This document shows positions 63,961 through 64,000 of a DNA stretch of 64,000 nt, piece by piece (within the stretch, counting starts at the first letter, position 1; each line of letters begins with the position of its first letter). The stretch lies in the IMG/VR virus record IMGVR_UViG_3300042934_000980, positions 1 to 64,000 of that record, one strand, 5' to 3'. A program made the position numbers and the translations under genes. Under the pieces are notes generated by a model. That model worked only from the letters and a program-made list of their open reading frames with translations, had not been told where the DNA came from and made no database searches.

Positions 63961-64000
63961 ATCCGACCTTTGTTAATAGGGCATAAGGGAACCCGAAGGT

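Noticed and set aside
1-64000. Alternative genetic code or stop-codon reassignment
   Set aside because: Core genes are full length under the standard code, and TAA, TAG and TGA all terminate genes.
1-64000. tRNA genes, group I introns, reverse transcriptase/DGR
   Set aside because: No cloverleaf or T-loop signature in the few intergenic gaps, the RNAP and polymerase ORFs here are uninterrupted, and no RT motifs were seen.

Overview
This 64-kb window is part of a phiKZ-like, nucleus-forming jumbo phage genome (Chimalliviridae-type). It holds the conserved core block: portal, major capsid protein, DnaB-like helicase, one non-virion RNAP beta-like subunit, one virion RNAP beta'-like subunit, the exonuclease half of a split family-B DNA polymerase, RuvC, baseplate/neck genes, a large set of G-x-E-processed internal head proteins, and an SF2 helicase carrying an Ala-start (class 3) intein. 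There is also an overlapped spanin pair with a holin candidate and a small early accessory island (11.7-15.4 kb). phiKZ gp numbers come from my recall of motifs and synteny, not from a database search. Two signals stand out. (1) An apparently non-coding ~290-nt segment after dnaB (25326-25614) hand-folds into a long bulged closing helix enclosing four hairpins, between a TATG motif and a terminator; it is a candidate novel phage ncRNA. (2) A T-TTT-TTT -1 slippery site at 54678-54684 would fuse a 574-aa CxxC protein to a start-less downstream frame, in the manner of lambda G/GT tail chaperones. Also notable are a helix-extension-helix (LEM/SAP-like) module shared by three accessory proteins, a dispersed hairpin family ending in TTATG rather than a U-tract, and an HExxH membrane metalloprotease among the head genes. 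I saw no tRNA, rRNA or CRISPR array.
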